This document shows positions 33,198-33,408 of a stretch of DNA of 33,408 nt, one piece after another. Positions within the stretch are counted from its first letter, which is position 1. Every line of letters begins with the position of its first letter. The notes under the pieces were generated by a model. That model saw nothing but the letters and a program-made list of their open reading frames with translations, ran no database searches and was not told the origin of the DNA. This stretch comes from a bacterium (GTDB lineage Bacteria > Patescibacteriota > Minisyncoccia > Phycocordibacterales > UBA1550), in NCBI GenBank assembly GCA_021823825.1, contig JAKANJ010000002.1, positions 1-33,408 of the forward strand, read 5' to 3'. A program made the translations under genes and the position numbers.

Positions 33198-33408
33198 AGG
33201 CTAATACCGAATATTATGTTAATGAAGTAGCCTAGATACTTTATGAATTGATTGCGTGCCTCACTACTGGTATGAAGTAGGTATGGAGACTAAAGACAGC
33301 AAAAAACAAAAAGCATGGAATATCCACCTTTCTGATTCATCAAGGGTATCTAAAATGCTTCAATCTATGCAAATGCATAAACTAAGACCTTGTAATATAA
33401 TTGTAGCT

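Noticed and set aside
1-33408. Alternative genetic code (UGA recoding), as seen in some candidate phyla.
   Set aside because: TGA ends well-defined genes: the ABC ATPase at 20427 directly after its His tail, and the 80-aa ORF at 7380-7382. All conserved proteins are full length under the standard code.
1-33408. CRISPR arrays, IS elements, integrases, prophage genes, rRNA.
   Set aside because: I saw no regularly spaced direct repeats, no transposase, integrase or recombinase motifs in any ORF, and no rRNA-like conserved blocks. The only repeats found are the short inverted or palindromic elements listed above.

Overview
This 33.4-kb chromosomal segment comes from an AT-leaning, tightly packed bacterial genome using the standard code: TAA, TAG and TGA all end long ORFs. 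I support about 36 protein genes. I find no rRNA, no canonical tRNA, no CRISPR array, and no transposase or integrase.

Layout:
- Right third (minus strand): one information-processing block, rpoB-rpoC-dnaG-rpoD.
- Middle: two tandem P1B-like P-type ATPases, an FAD oxidoreductase, a metal-type ABC importer (ATPase plus permease, no binding protein), engB, a DsbA-like oxidoreductase, a SET-domain methyltransferase, DoxX and a DUF457-like membrane protein.
- Left third: a NERD nuclease-domain protein, an SRPBCC protein, gmk, DedA, an AI-2E transporter, tdk, a trypsin-like protease, a large sensor kinase and an NMO/FabK-like flavoenzyme.

The many small membrane or secreted hypotheticals, compact RNAP subunits and absence of biosynthetic operons suggest a small-genome lineage such as Patescibacteria/CPR. 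That is inference only.

Most worth a second look:
1. A 128-aa protein that, from my recall, resembles animal PHPT1 (Janus/Ocnus phosphohistidine phosphatase).
2. A histidine kinase whose N-terminus is a complete ferredoxin-NADP-reductase-like FAD/NAD module.
3. Paired P-type ATPases with C-A-D and S-A-E in place of the CPx transmembrane motif, and no metal-binding domain.
4. A bacterial SET-domain protein, and a sigma-70 with a histone-H1-like lysine tail.
5. A 530-bp non-coding stretch (310-839) next to the NERD gene, holding a four-copy operator-like repeat, a bidirectional terminator and a tRNA-like element that is not a valid tRNA.
6. A 48-nt perfect palindrome.

All family assignments come from motif recognition by eye. 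No searches were run.
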